DNA from: Cyanophyceae cyanobacterium | GTDB lineage: Bacteria; Cyanobacteriota; Cyanobacteriia; Cyanobacteriales; Laspinemataceae | Reading direction: 5' to 3' | Assembly: GCA_038321985.1 (NCBI GenBank) | Contig: JBBQFN010000055.1 | Span: 1 to 21,685 of the forward strand | Length of the DNA: 21,685 nt | Shown: one piece after another, positions 9,507 through 18,382 of the stretch | Layout of the letters: each line of letters opens with the position of its first letter | Numbering within the stretch: position 1 is the stretch's first letter | Notes under the pieces: model-generated | What the model was told of the DNA's origin: nothing | What the model saw: only the letters and a program-made list of their open reading frames with translations | Databases searched by the model: none | Made by a program: the position numbers and the translations under genes

Positions 9507-10238
9507 TTAAGATAGCTTAAAATTGTCTCCTAAGTAATATTGGCGGACCAGGGGGTTGGTTGAGAGTTCCTCGGGGGTGCCAAAAGCCAGAATTTGTCCA
9601 TCACGCATGATATAGGCGCGATCGGTGATGGCAAGGGTTTCTCGGACATTGTGATCCGTAATCAGGATCCCCATCTGGCGATCGCGCAGTTTGGCGACAA
9701 TTTCCTGCATTTCCGACACGGCGATCGGGTCAACCCCGGCAAACGGTTCGTCTAACAGCAAAAATTTAGGACCCTCTCCCCGCACGGCTAAGGCCCTCGC
9801 CATTTCGGTCCTCCGACGCTCACCCCCGGAGACATATTTTCCCTTAGTATTCGCCACAACTTGCAGCCGAAACTCTCGTAGGAGAGTATTCAGGCGCTGT
9901 TGCCACTGCCAAGCCGGGACTTTTGTTTGTTCTAAAACCAGCAGAATATTATCTTGGACGCTTAGATTCCTAAAAATACTCGGTTCTTGAGCCAGATAGC
10001 CAATTCCCAGATTGGCTCGGTCTTGGATCGATAAGGGGGTAATATCGACGTTATCGAGCCAAACCTTGCCCTGGCTTGGTTTTTCCAGTCCCGTCACTAT
10101 ATAAAAAGTAGTGGTTTTCCCCGCACCATTGGGGCCGAGTAAACCCACAATTTCCCCTTGGGAAACCGAAAGGCTCACCCGGTTGACAACGGCACGCTTG
10201 CCATAGGATTTGTGAATATTCTCCAACCATATTTTCAC
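9507..10238 (-). CDS. lptB: LPS export ABC transporter ATP-binding protein
   Basis: Walker A GPNGAGKTT, GYLAQEPSIFR, SGGERRR signature, LLLDEPFAGVDP, ITDHNVRETL, YYLGDNF terminus; GTG start. Confidence 0.97.
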   Translation of the reverse strand: MKIWLENIHKSYGKRAVVNRVSLSVSQGEIVGLLGPNGAGKTTTFYIVTGLEKPSQGKVWLDNVDITPLSIQDRANLGIGYLAQEPSIFRNLSVQDNILLVLEQTKVPAWQWQQRLNTLLREFRLQVVANTKGKYVSGGERRRTEMARALAVRGEGPKFLLLDEPFAGVDPIAVSEMQEIVAKLRDRQMGILITDHNVRETLAITDRAYIMRDGQILAFGTPEELSTNPLVRQYYLGDNFKLS

Positions 10239-10386
10239 TCGGGACTATCCTCTTGGGACTAAGGGCTAAGGTCTACAAACGGAGCAGTTTTCTCCCCGAT
10301 TGGAGAGAAGGAGTTATCGAAGGGGCGATCGCCCCGAACGACTCCTTCATAACCATTTTTAATCGTTCAGGAGTAATGAGTCTCAA

Positions 10387-10833
10387 TTAGAGTCCCGGGG
10401 CGGTCCCATCGGGTAGAAAATAAATCGACTCCACTTGTTTATTGTCTTCAGGAAGGGCAATAAATCGGCCCTCATCCAAGAGGTAGGTAATCGTTTCCCC
10501 TCGAATACTATTGTTATCTTGGATTACATAAGCATCGCCACTAAGCACGATGCGTTGCTCTCGGCTAAAAAACTGGGCTTGGGCTGCGGTCCCTTGCATA
10601 TTTCTGGCCGGATAATTGATGCGGACATTACCACGCGCCGTGATAATCCCGGTTCTGGAGTCCGATTCCTGCATATCCGATCGCACTCGCAAGGCACGGT
10701 TGTCCTGCGCTGTATTAGGAGTTTGCGGATAACTCGGCATGGCAACGAAGCTCGACAAGGCGAGTGGCATTATCAATGCCACCCCCAGGCGAAGCAGTAA
10801 ATGTGAGGAACTTAAGCGGACAGAGGGGATCAT
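10387..10833 (-). CDS. lptA: LptA/OstA family periplasmic protein
   Basis: Signal-peptide-like N-terminus, RSD.QE.DS.TGIITARGNV, AAQAQFFS.E.RIVLSGD, IRGETITY beta-jellyroll; first gene upstream of lptB. Start placed at ATG 10833 (ORF track 10899). Confidence 0.88.
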   Translation of the reverse strand: MIPSVRLSSSHLLLRLGVALIMPLALSSFVAMPSYPQTPNTAQDNRALRVRSDMQESDSRTGIITARGNVRINYPARNMQGTAAQAQFFSREQRIVLSGDAYVIQDNNSIRGETITYLLDEGRFIALPEDNKQVESIYFLPDGTAPGL

Positions 10834-11769
10834 AGCTGAGTTCACTGGTATAGGCACGATAAGCGCATTCGCAAGAGGATGCAGATGGAGTTCTGCCATC
10901 TTCTATTGGTAGTTTAGCCAATCCTACCAATCCGCAATCGGGATCGCTTCCGAGGGCAACTTCTGTGGCCTCCGTTCTGCTTGATGTTTGACGGGTTCCA
11001 GTCTTCCGAAGTTTCGGAAGCCTTGACTAGGAAACGATTTTACCAAATTTTATCCCTCTGTGGGTTAAAGACCCGCTGCTTTCCGTCTCCTAACCTGATT
11101 TTCCCCCCTATCGCTACAGAGGGGTCAAACCTTCCGGGCAACAGCTTAAAAAATATATCTTCTCAGGGATGAAGATGAAATTTCTCTTCATTCTTACTGC
11201 TTTGTTTCCCATGGGTTCCGGATTTTAATCGTTTTATTTGAATTTTTAATAATTCTGTCTATTTGATGGCTCGACAGAACCCATCAAAATCCTTCAATTT
11301 TGGGTAGATTGAAGGATTTTCTCTAATATTTTTTCAAATAGTTTTTATATGAAAAGTAATAAATCCTGTTTTTTGGCATCATTACCTGATTTCATCAAAG
11401 GGGAATTATAGCAAGTCTAAAGGTCCGGGAGACTTCTCTTTTAGAAGAAGGAGGACCATTTTCTGTCTCCCAGGGATTTTGTAGTTACAACAAATTAATT
11501 GAGCTTAACGTCTTTCATGTAAGCATCGCTTCCCTCTAGACAAGGAATTATCGTTAAAACTTATAAAGCAATTTTTAATTTTCAGCCTAGGTTTACCGGA
11601 AAATTATTCAAGTTACTGAAAGACTAATTATAAAAGAATTCAAAAAATCGATTTCTCAGGGGTCATTAGTTTTCAAAAATATCCAGCTATTCCCTAAATT
11701 TATGCGGATATTTTAGAGCAGCTACCTAACTACAATTCCACTCAAATTGCTTTACAAGGTAGGAATTAC

Positions 11770-14223
11770 ATGGAAGAATTTTTAAGCTTAACTGCCTTTT
11801 CCGTTCTCGTAGATGAAAGCGATTATCTGACGAATAATCCTGATGTCAAAGTAGCGGTAGAAGGCGGGATATTCACCTCTGGATTAGAGCATTTTCAACG
11901 CCACGGACAAAAGGAAAGTCGTCAACCGATCGCCGGGTATGATACGGCTTACTTTTTAACTGAAAATGCCGATGCCGTTGTGGGTACTCATCAAGCCGAT
12001 TTTATTCTGGCCCTGGATGGAGGCGATCACCTTTTTGGATTAGAGGGAAATGACTTCATCAATGGCAACCCAGGAAATGACTTCATCAATGGCAACCAAG
12101 GAGATGATACCCTGCATGGCGGACAAGGAAATGATGAGTTACGAGGGGGTCAAGGAAACGATCGCCTATTCGGAGACTTGGGAAATGATACCCTTCACGG
12201 GGACTTAGGAACGGATAGTTTAACGGGCGGTAGTGGCAATAATGTATTTGCGATCGCCAGGAGAGACGATGTACCCAATTTTCGCTCTACAGGGGGCGCA
12301 ATCTTACCGGATGCAGACTGGATTATGGATTTTAAAACCGATCTAGACCTCATTTACTTAGAGGGTGGATTGGCATTTGAGGACTTGTATATTTTTCAGG
12401 GGACTGGCGCTTATTCCAGTCATACCATCATTCAAGATAAAATCACTGCTGATTATTTAGCCATCGTAAACGGGGTTGATATTGCCACCCTGAATCAAGA
12501 TGATTTTATCTCCCTTTCTCCCCCCTCTTCTTCTCCTCCCGAGATTATTTTTGCCCCAACACCGCCCCTGGGAATATCTAATCCCGAACCTACACCAGAA
12601 CCGACCCCCGAACCCATCCCAGAACCCATACAAACGCCCGGTACTGTGGGATTTAGTACACCTATTTTTACGGTAAAAGAAGATGGAACAGCGATCGCAT
12701 CAGTCACTGTTGTTCGTACGAATGGCAGTGAGGGAGAAATCAGTGCCGATATAATCCTCTCCGATGCTACTGCGGTGTCACCCACTGATTACATTAATGA
12801 ACCCATAACGGTCACCTTTGGCGCGGGAGAGGCTACCCCTAAAACCATATCCATTCCGATCATAGATGATAGCGAAATCGAACCTACACAGACCGTTAAT
12901 TTATCCCTGGGTAACCTTTCTGGCGGTGCGCTATTGGGAACTCAAAGTACCGCCAGCTTGGAAATTCTCGACAACGATAACCCCGATAATTTAGAACTTA
13001 CCCAGGCAACCTATCTCGGCGGTAGCGGGAACGATGAAGCGAGTGCGGTTGCCATTTCTCCCCTCGATCGCGCGATTACAGTCGCCGGTAATTTAAACGG
13101 GACTGCGCAACTTTGGCGATTTTCTGATGGCGGCGATACCATACTGTCGCAAACAAATTTAGGCGGGACCGTCAACGATTTAGATATTGATCGCGACAGT
13201 GGAGAAATCGTCACCGTTGGTGATTTTGGGATTAAATTATTTGACAGTACGGGAAGTAACCTCCTCTGGTCCCAAGCGGGAACTTTTGATCGGGTGGCGA
13301 TCGCTAATAATGGTGCGATCGCTACTTTAAGCATCGCCACGGATACGGTTAACCTCTGGAGTGCAACTGGCACTCCCCTGGTATCTACCACCTTAACTGG
13401 CAGTGATATTCGCCCCTCAGATATTGCTATCAATCCCCTTTCCAACCAAGTTTATGTCACTGGATTTAATCAAGTCTCCTCCACGTTACAAACCCCTTTT
13501 ATTCGTGGATTTGATACGGCATTAAATCTGCTTTGGAATACCTGGGATTATAGCGCCAACGAGGTAACCGGGCAAAATTTAGGAGCAGATTCTCGGGGAG
13601 AACGCCTCACTGTTGGGGCGGATGGTACTCTCTATTTTCTCGGCAAAACCGATGGAGGAAATAACGTTTTTACTCGCGATGGCGATACAATTACCACTTC
13701 CCTTGGCACTCGGTTAATTCAGCAAGACCAATATAATAATTTATCCGGTGCTGGCAGTGGAGCCTTTACATTTTTCGCTAAAATTGATAGCAATACCGGC
13801 CTAATCGACCGGGGTCAATTTATTGTCACCCGGCTGAGTAATGGGAATGCTAATAGTTTTAACCCGAATTCCATCGCGGTAGATGAATCCGGGAATGTTT
13901 ACATTGCCGGCGCTGCCGCTGCCTCCATTCAAAACCGGAATTTAAAAACCCTTAACGGGGAACCTGTGGGGAATTATAGTCTCGGGGAAATGGCAGTATT
14001 AGGAGTTTCAGCCGATTTTAATACTCGTAAATTCTGGACGCCCTTAACTGAATCAGGAGATATAGATGGTTCATCGGGGACGGTGAATTCCTTTGCCGTA
14101 ACAGGCGATCGCGCAGTGATTTTCGGCACAGTTAATAATCCAGGAGTTGCCACCAGTGCAAATGCCATTAATCCCAATCCTTTAGGAGGAACTGATGCCT
14201 ATTTAGCGACTTGGATTGTCTAA
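11770..14223 (+). CDS. Calcium-binding exoprotein: N-terminal YL..NPDV motif domain, RTX repeats, Pro-Glu/Thr linker, Calx-beta domain, C-terminal beta-propeller (SBBP-like)
   Basis: GGQGNDELRGGQGNDRLFGDLGNDTLHG nonapeptides; PEPTPEPTPEPIPEP; FS...FTVKEDG..VTVVRTNG..VTFGAGE..IPIIDD..ILDND; ATYLGGSGNDEA, IAVDESGNVYIAG, GGTDAYLA; AGGTAGGA RBS. Confidence 0.88.
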   Translation: MEEFLSLTAFSVLVDESDYLTNNPDVKVAVEGGIFTSGLEHFQRHGQKESRQPIAGYDTAYFLTENADAVVGTHQADFILALDGGDHLFGLEGNDFINGNPGNDFINGNQGDDTLHGGQGNDELRGGQGNDRLFGDLGNDTLHGDLGTDSLTGGSGNNVFAIARRDDVPNFRSTGGAILPDADWIMDFKTDLDLIYLEGGLAFEDLYIFQGTGAYSSHTIIQDKITADYLAIVNGVDIATLNQDDFISLSPPSSSPPEIIFAPTPPLGISNPEPTPEPTPEPIPEPIQTPGTVGFSTPIFTVKEDGTAIASVTVVRTNGSEGEISADIILSDATAVSPTDYINEPITVTFGAGEATPKTISIPIIDDSEIEPTQTVNLSLGNLSGGALLGTQSTASLEILDNDNPDNLELTQATYLGGSGNDEASAVAISPLDRAITVAGNLNGTAQLWRFSDGGDTILSQTNLGGTVNDLDIDRDSGEIVTVGDFGIKLFDSTGSNLLWSQAGTFDRVAIANNGAIATLSIATDTVNLWSATGTPLVSTTLTGSDIRPSDIAINPLSNQVYVTGFNQVSSTLQTPFIRGFDTALNLLWNTWDYSANEVTGQNLGADSRGERLTVGADGTLYFLGKTDGGNNVFTRDGDTITTSLGTRLIQQDQYNNLSGAGSGAFTFFAKIDSNTGLIDRGQFIVTRLSNGNANSFNPNSIAVDESGNVYIAGAAAASIQNRNLKTLNGEPVGNYSLGEMAVLGVSADFNTRKFWTPLTESGDIDGSSGTVNSFAVTGDRAVIFGTVNNPGVATSANAINPNPLGGTDAYLATWIV
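12046..12097 (+). repeat. Tandem duplication of one RTX nonapeptide unit (27-bp period)
   Basis: GGAAATGACTTCATCAATGGCAACC identical at 12046-12070 and 12073-12097. Confidence 0.92.
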
Positions 14224-14256
14224 TCAATCCCCGGATTGGTCATCACTTACAAAGGC

Positions 14257-14285
14257 AGGGACAAGGCAATGTCTTGTCCTTTTTT
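14257..14285 (+). terminator. Probable intrinsic terminator of the RTX gene (REP-like hairpin)
   Basis: AGGGACAAGGC-AAT-GTCTTGTCCTT stem followed by a T run, about 35 bp after the stop codon. Confidence 0.65.
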
Positions 14286-14353
14286 CATGGTTTTAATCGA
14301 GTTTGAGAGACCACAAACCGGGTTTTTTATTTGGGAGGTGGTGGCGATTCCGT

Positions 14354-14749
14354 TTAATAATCAATCCGGTAGCGCACTAATTTTATAACATCTTCCTGGG
14401 ATAATCCCAATTTTTCACCAATCGCTTGTTCAACTGAATTGACTTCAATTACCGGAAACTCAAATCGCAGTTCAGTCAGAGATGAATCCGCCGTGTTGAC
14501 TTGAACTTCTGTAAAATTTTCTCCCTGATGAATTTCTGCTTCAATACTAATCACCTTGACTTCCAGATGGAGTTCTAAAGATTGGTGTGTATTAGATTGT
14601 AGGGGATAATCAATGGAGTTGTTGTTGCTCAAGACCCGATCAGCAGTCCAGCTACTCCCCCCCCAAAAAATAATGCCAAGTAGGGGGATGGGTAACCAAA
14701 ATTCTAATCCCCAAGACTGTAAGAATTTGAACCATTTAGAGTTAGACAT
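14354..14749 (-). CDS. Small membrane-anchored hypothetical protein, divergent from the two-component pair
   Basis: 131 aa ORF with WGLEFWLPIPLLGIIFW hydrophobic segment and a compact alpha/beta C-terminal domain. Confidence 0.78.
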   Translation of the reverse strand: MSNSKWFKFLQSWGLEFWLPIPLLGIIFWGGSSWTADRVLSNNNSIDYPLQSNTHQSLELHLEVKVISIEAEIHQGENFTEVQVNTADSSLTELRFEFPVIEVNSVEQAIGEKLGLSQEDVIKLVRYRIDY

Positions 14750-14942
14750 GGGAAAAGTTTAAAAAATCAGTTCAAGAATCAAGCGCAGCAGGCATAATGA
14801 GGAGAGGAGAAAAAAAGGGTTGTGTTGTTCGCCGTGAGTGGGAGTCCCGGAAAATTCAGAGGATTATTTTATACTGGAACAGTTCAGGCGATCGCGCAAT
14901 CAGCAGCAGGATGGCAGGGGAAGGACCGGAGGGAGATAGCGG

Positions 14943-15632
14943 ATGAGACTCCTACTCGTCGAAGATGATCCAGAACAACTCGAACCGATTCATACCATTT
15001 TATCTCAAGCTGGCCATATTGTGGATGGGGTTGAAGATGGGGAAACGGCACAGTGGTTAATGCAAGAAAAAGAATATGATTTATTAATTTTAGATTGGAT
15101 GTTGCCGAAAGTCAGCGGGGTAAGGTTGTGTCAAAATTATCGGCAATTAGGAAAGACTGCACCGATTTTAATTCTAACGGCAAAAGATACCACTCGGGAT
15201 AAAGTGATGGGATTAGATGCTGGTGCAGATGATTACTTAGTTAAACCTATAGACTTAGTGGAATTGTTAGCGCGGGTGAGAGCATTAGGACGGCGATCGC
15301 CACTGTGGCAGGGAGACAGTCTAACCGTGGGTGAAATCCAATTACATCTGAATACTTTAACCGTCCACCGGGGAAACTCCACTGCGCAACTCTCAGCACG
15401 GGAATTTCAACTGTTAGAATATTTTATGCGCCACCCCTTGCAAATTTTAACCCGAGAGCAGATTGAACTGGCACTCTGGGAATGGGGAAGTGAACCGGAA
15501 AGTAATGCCGTCACCACCCTAGTTCGTCGGTTGCGGCAACGGTTACAGGCGATCGCCGCCAGTGATTGGATTGAAACCGTCTATGCTGTGGGATATCGCT
15601 TGACTCCAAAGAAGCTAAACTCGGGTCTGTAA
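14943..15632 (+). CDS. OmpR/PhoB-family response regulator
   Basis: MRLLLVEDD, LILDWMLP, LTAKD, GLDAGADDYLVKP; winged helix LSAREFQLLEYFM..LTREQI..VRRLRQRL..IETVYAVGYRL. Confidence 0.96.
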   Translation: MRLLLVEDDPEQLEPIHTILSQAGHIVDGVEDGETAQWLMQEKEYDLLILDWMLPKVSGVRLCQNYRQLGKTAPILILTAKDTTRDKVMGLDAGADDYLVKPIDLVELLARVRALGRRSPLWQGDSLTVGEIQLHLNTLTVHRGNSTAQLSAREFQLLEYFMRHPLQILTREQIELALWEWGSEPESNAVTTLVRRLRQRLQAIAASDWIETVYAVGYRLTPKKLNSGL

Positions 15633-16894
15633 TGTTCAACCGTTCTCGTCGCAATTTAGCTCGCTGGTTTACCCTCTCAATGGGGAGTATTCTGTTTATT
15701 TTTTCCGCTATTTTGTACTATTTAGAACTCCAGGACCAACTCCAGACCTTTGATCGGGAATTAACGGATAAAGTTAGACTGATGGCCGCGAGTGTGGAAT
15801 ATCGGTTTCAGCGCGGAAGCTGGCATCTGAATTTACAGCACGTCCCCTTACTCGGCAGCAATTCCTTACCTTTAGACAATACCATTGTTTATGCGAGATG
15901 GTACAATTTCGATGGCAAACTCGTACAATTTATCGGCACTCATCCCCCGCAAAACTTAACGATTCCTCCGGGATTTGTCACCGTTAAACCTGACCAAGAT
16001 TCTAAAGACTGGTTGCGGCAAGTGACATTTCCCGTAATGCGAGATGGGGTGGTGATCGGGTTTATTCAAGTGGCTACATCCCTGAAACCCGTGCGACAAT
16101 TTACCGACCAACTCCGGTTATTTTTAAGTGTGAGTTTACCCATCGCTTTAGCGGCGATCGCCTTGACGGGATGGTATTTGGGAGGATTTGCGATGCACCC
16201 GATTCTTCAGGCATACGAACAATTGCAGCGGTTTACTGCTGATGCATCCCACGAATTGCGTGCACCCCTATCGGCGATGTTAAGTAATGCACAAGTCGGA
16301 TTATTTGCACCCCCCGGTGATTCCCAACGGATCCGCTTAGAAAAAATTGTCGCACTAGCCAAGGGAATGAGTCAGCTTGTTGGTCATTTACTCTTTTTAT
16401 CTCGGTACACTGGAACGTTATCACCGGAAGTTTTACAAGACATTGATTTAAAGAGTTGGTTGGAAGATTTAGTTGAAAATTATAGTTCCCAAGCCGATGA
16501 CAAGCCTCTGAAAATTTGTACGGAACTTCCTCCTTACCCCGTCCAATTTCAGGCCGATGTGGATTTACTCCGTCAGGCCATATTCAACCTTCTTGATAAT
16601 GCTTATAAATATGCCTATCCAGGCAGTTTAATTTCTTTAAAATTATTCACAAAACCCCGGATAGTCCTCATCCAAATTGAAGACAACGGCATTGGTATTC
16701 CCCCAGAAGATTTACCCCATATTTTTGACAGGTTTTACCGCGTCGATACAGCACGGACCCGCACTAATGGAGGGTTTGGTTTAGGATTATCCATTGTTCA
16801 GCAAATAGTCCAAGTTCATGGCGGACAGATTTCTGTAACGTCAGCCGTGGATGTAGGAACCACCTTTACTATCGAATTTCCCCTCAAATTTTAG
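15632..16894 (+). CDS. Membrane sensor histidine kinase (HisKA + HATPase_c)
   Basis: Two TM helices; H box ADASHELRAPL, N box NLLDNAYKY, DNGIGI, IFDRFYR, GGFGLGLSI; TAATG stop/start overlap with the regulator. Confidence 0.96.
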   Translation: MFNRSRRNLARWFTLSMGSILFIFSAILYYLELQDQLQTFDRELTDKVRLMAASVEYRFQRGSWHLNLQHVPLLGSNSLPLDNTIVYARWYNFDGKLVQFIGTHPPQNLTIPPGFVTVKPDQDSKDWLRQVTFPVMRDGVVIGFIQVATSLKPVRQFTDQLRLFLSVSLPIALAAIALTGWYLGGFAMHPILQAYEQLQRFTADASHELRAPLSAMLSNAQVGLFAPPGDSQRIRLEKIVALAKGMSQLVGHLLFLSRYTGTLSPEVLQDIDLKSWLEDLVENYSSQADDKPLKICTELPPYPVQFQADVDLLRQAIFNLLDNAYKYAYPGSLISLKLFTKPRIVLIQIEDNGIGIPPEDLPHIFDRFYRVDTARTRTNGGFGLGLSIVQQIVQVHGGQISVTSAVDVGTTFTIEFPLKF

Positions 16895-16941
16895 TGTGGA
16901 CTCCCAGGATTTAAGACTCCCAGAGGAGGACGCTTCTAGAG

Positions 16942-16975
16942 TTGTCATTTTTCTGTCACATTCCTAGTGCAGTCT
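16942..16975 (+). promoter_or_regulatory. Candidate OmpR/PhoB-type binding box with weak -10
   Basis: TTGTCATTTTTCTGTCAC: TGTCA at 16943 and 16954 (11-bp period); CAGTCT at 16970-16975. Confidence 0.5.
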
Positions 16976-17083
16976 GTAAATGGCAACCGCTTTAAGAGCC
17001 ACAGATTTGCAAAAAATGCTGATCTGCCTCTAGCAGGAAGCTGCCAGTTCTCGTCATGGGATGGGGTTTGAGTGCCACGATTT

Positions 17084-17119
17084 CCCCAAGTTTTCGTGTA
17101 AAACTTGGGGGAACTTTTT
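17084..17119 (+). terminator. Strong hairpin, probable intrinsic terminator or attenuator
   Basis: Perfect 11-bp stem CCCCAAGTTTT/AAAACTTGGGG with 5-nt loop, followed by GAACTTTTT. Confidence 0.6.
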
Positions 17120-17263
17120 CCGGTTTTCTCTCGCGAAGCTGGGATACTCTGCTAGCAGTATCTGCACCAGGGGTTAAACTGCGCTACTCAAGCGTTTTTG
17201 AAAACAATTCTGCCATTGGATTAACTGTATTAATTAACCAAAGAGTGAGAGGGTTTCAGATTA

Positions 17264-18382
17264 ATGAGCATTGGATCGGTTCATTTATCAATTGGCGATC
17301 GCATTCCCACATTCAACTTGCCTTACCAAACTGGGGAGTTGAAGGAAATCGGTGATTTCGTGGGAAAACCTATGATTATCTGCTTTTTTCCGAGTTCGAT
17401 TCGGATTGACTGTACTGCACTTCTATCGGGATTGCAGCAGATACAATCCCAATATCAGCAATTCGGCATTGAGTGCATCGCAATTAGTCCAGATTCCGTA
17501 GATTTACACCAGGCGATCGCCATCCAACATGGATTAACCTTTCCCATCCTTTCCGATGGCGATCGGCAAGTTGGCAACGCCTATGGTGTGACGGAGGAAA
17601 GCCAAATTTATGGAACAACATTTTTAACTTCTACCTATACGACTTTCGTTATCGATACCAACTATCGAGTTACTAAAATTTATCGCAATTTCGATCCCTT
17701 TACTCACGCACAACAGTTACTCCTTGATATTAAACCTTTACTTTTCATTGAAGAACCGCGCCAAATCTTCCAACAAGCACCCGTTTTACTCATTCCCAAT
17801 GTTTTAGACTCTGAATTATGCCAACAGTTAATTAAACTCTGGCATACAGACAATGGGGAGTCCGGTTTCATGCGCCAAGTCGACGGAAAAACCATAGCTT
17901 TAATGGATAAAAATCACAAAATTCGGCGCGACCATTTCATGAATCCCGGCCCTCTCAATGAGCGAATTAAACAGCTTTTAAGTCGTCGAGTCACTCCTGA
18001 AATTTGGAAAACGTATCACTTCAATGCCACCCGGATCGAAGATTTTCGGATTGTTTGCTATGACGCCAATCAAGGTGGGTTTTTCCGCCCTCATCGAGAT
18101 AATACCACCGCCGGAACAGCACATCGTGTGTTTGCTATGACGATTAATCTGAACGCTGGGGAATATAAAGGCGGTGGTCTGCGTTTTCCCGAATATGGTC
18201 CCCATTTATATCGTCCCAATACTGGCAGCGCTGTGATATTTTCATGTAGTTTACTTCACGAGGCAACAGATGTTACTGCCGGACGGCGCTTTGCCTTATT
18301 GAGCTTTTTATACGGGGAAGAAGAAGCACGCCGCCGCGCTGCCTATCACCAAGCTAGTCAGCAAAGTGCTATTTCGGTGTAA
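17264..18382 (+). CDS. Fusion protein: AhpC/TSA (BCP/PrxQ-like) redoxin domain plus 2OG-Fe(II) oxygenase
   Basis: N-term GDRIPTFNLP..GKPMIICFFP..C..IAISPDS..H..LTFPILSDGDRQV..AYGV..TFVID; C-term H277-x-D279 (FRPHRDN), YKGGGLRFPE, H332 (LLHEATDV), R342. Confidence 0.9.
   Translation: MSIGSVHLSIGDRIPTFNLPYQTGELKEIGDFVGKPMIICFFPSSIRIDCTALLSGLQQIQSQYQQFGIECIAISPDSVDLHQAIAIQHGLTFPILSDGDRQVGNAYGVTEESQIYGTTFLTSTYTTFVIDTNYRVTKIYRNFDPFTHAQQLLLDIKPLLFIEEPRQIFQQAPVLLIPNVLDSELCQQLIKLWHTDNGESGFMRQVDGKTIALMDKNHKIRRDHFMNPGPLNERIKQLLSRRVTPEIWKTYHFNATRIEDFRIVCYDANQGGFFRPHRDNTTAGTAHRVFAMTINLNAGEYKGGGLRFPEYGPHLYRPNTGSAVIFSCSLLHEATDVTAGRRFALLSFLYGEEEARRRAAYHQASQQSAISV

Noticed and set aside
10241..10275. STRR-like heptamer run (GGGACTA..GGGACTA AGGGCTA AGGTCTA)
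   Set aside because: Too short and degenerate to call confidently
14943..16894. Naming the pair nrsRS/rppAB, manRS or copRS
   Set aside because: Same broad family, but the sequence does not match those proteins closely enough from recall and no metal transporter is adjacent
16981..17050. c-di-GMP-I riboswitch
   Set aside because: Lacks the GGCAAAC..GAAA..GGACGCAAA core; only a superficial resemblance
17056..17355. 99-aa ORF overlapping the Prx-2OG start
   Set aside because: Reads through the terminator-like hairpin and overlaps the real gene out of frame; no motifs
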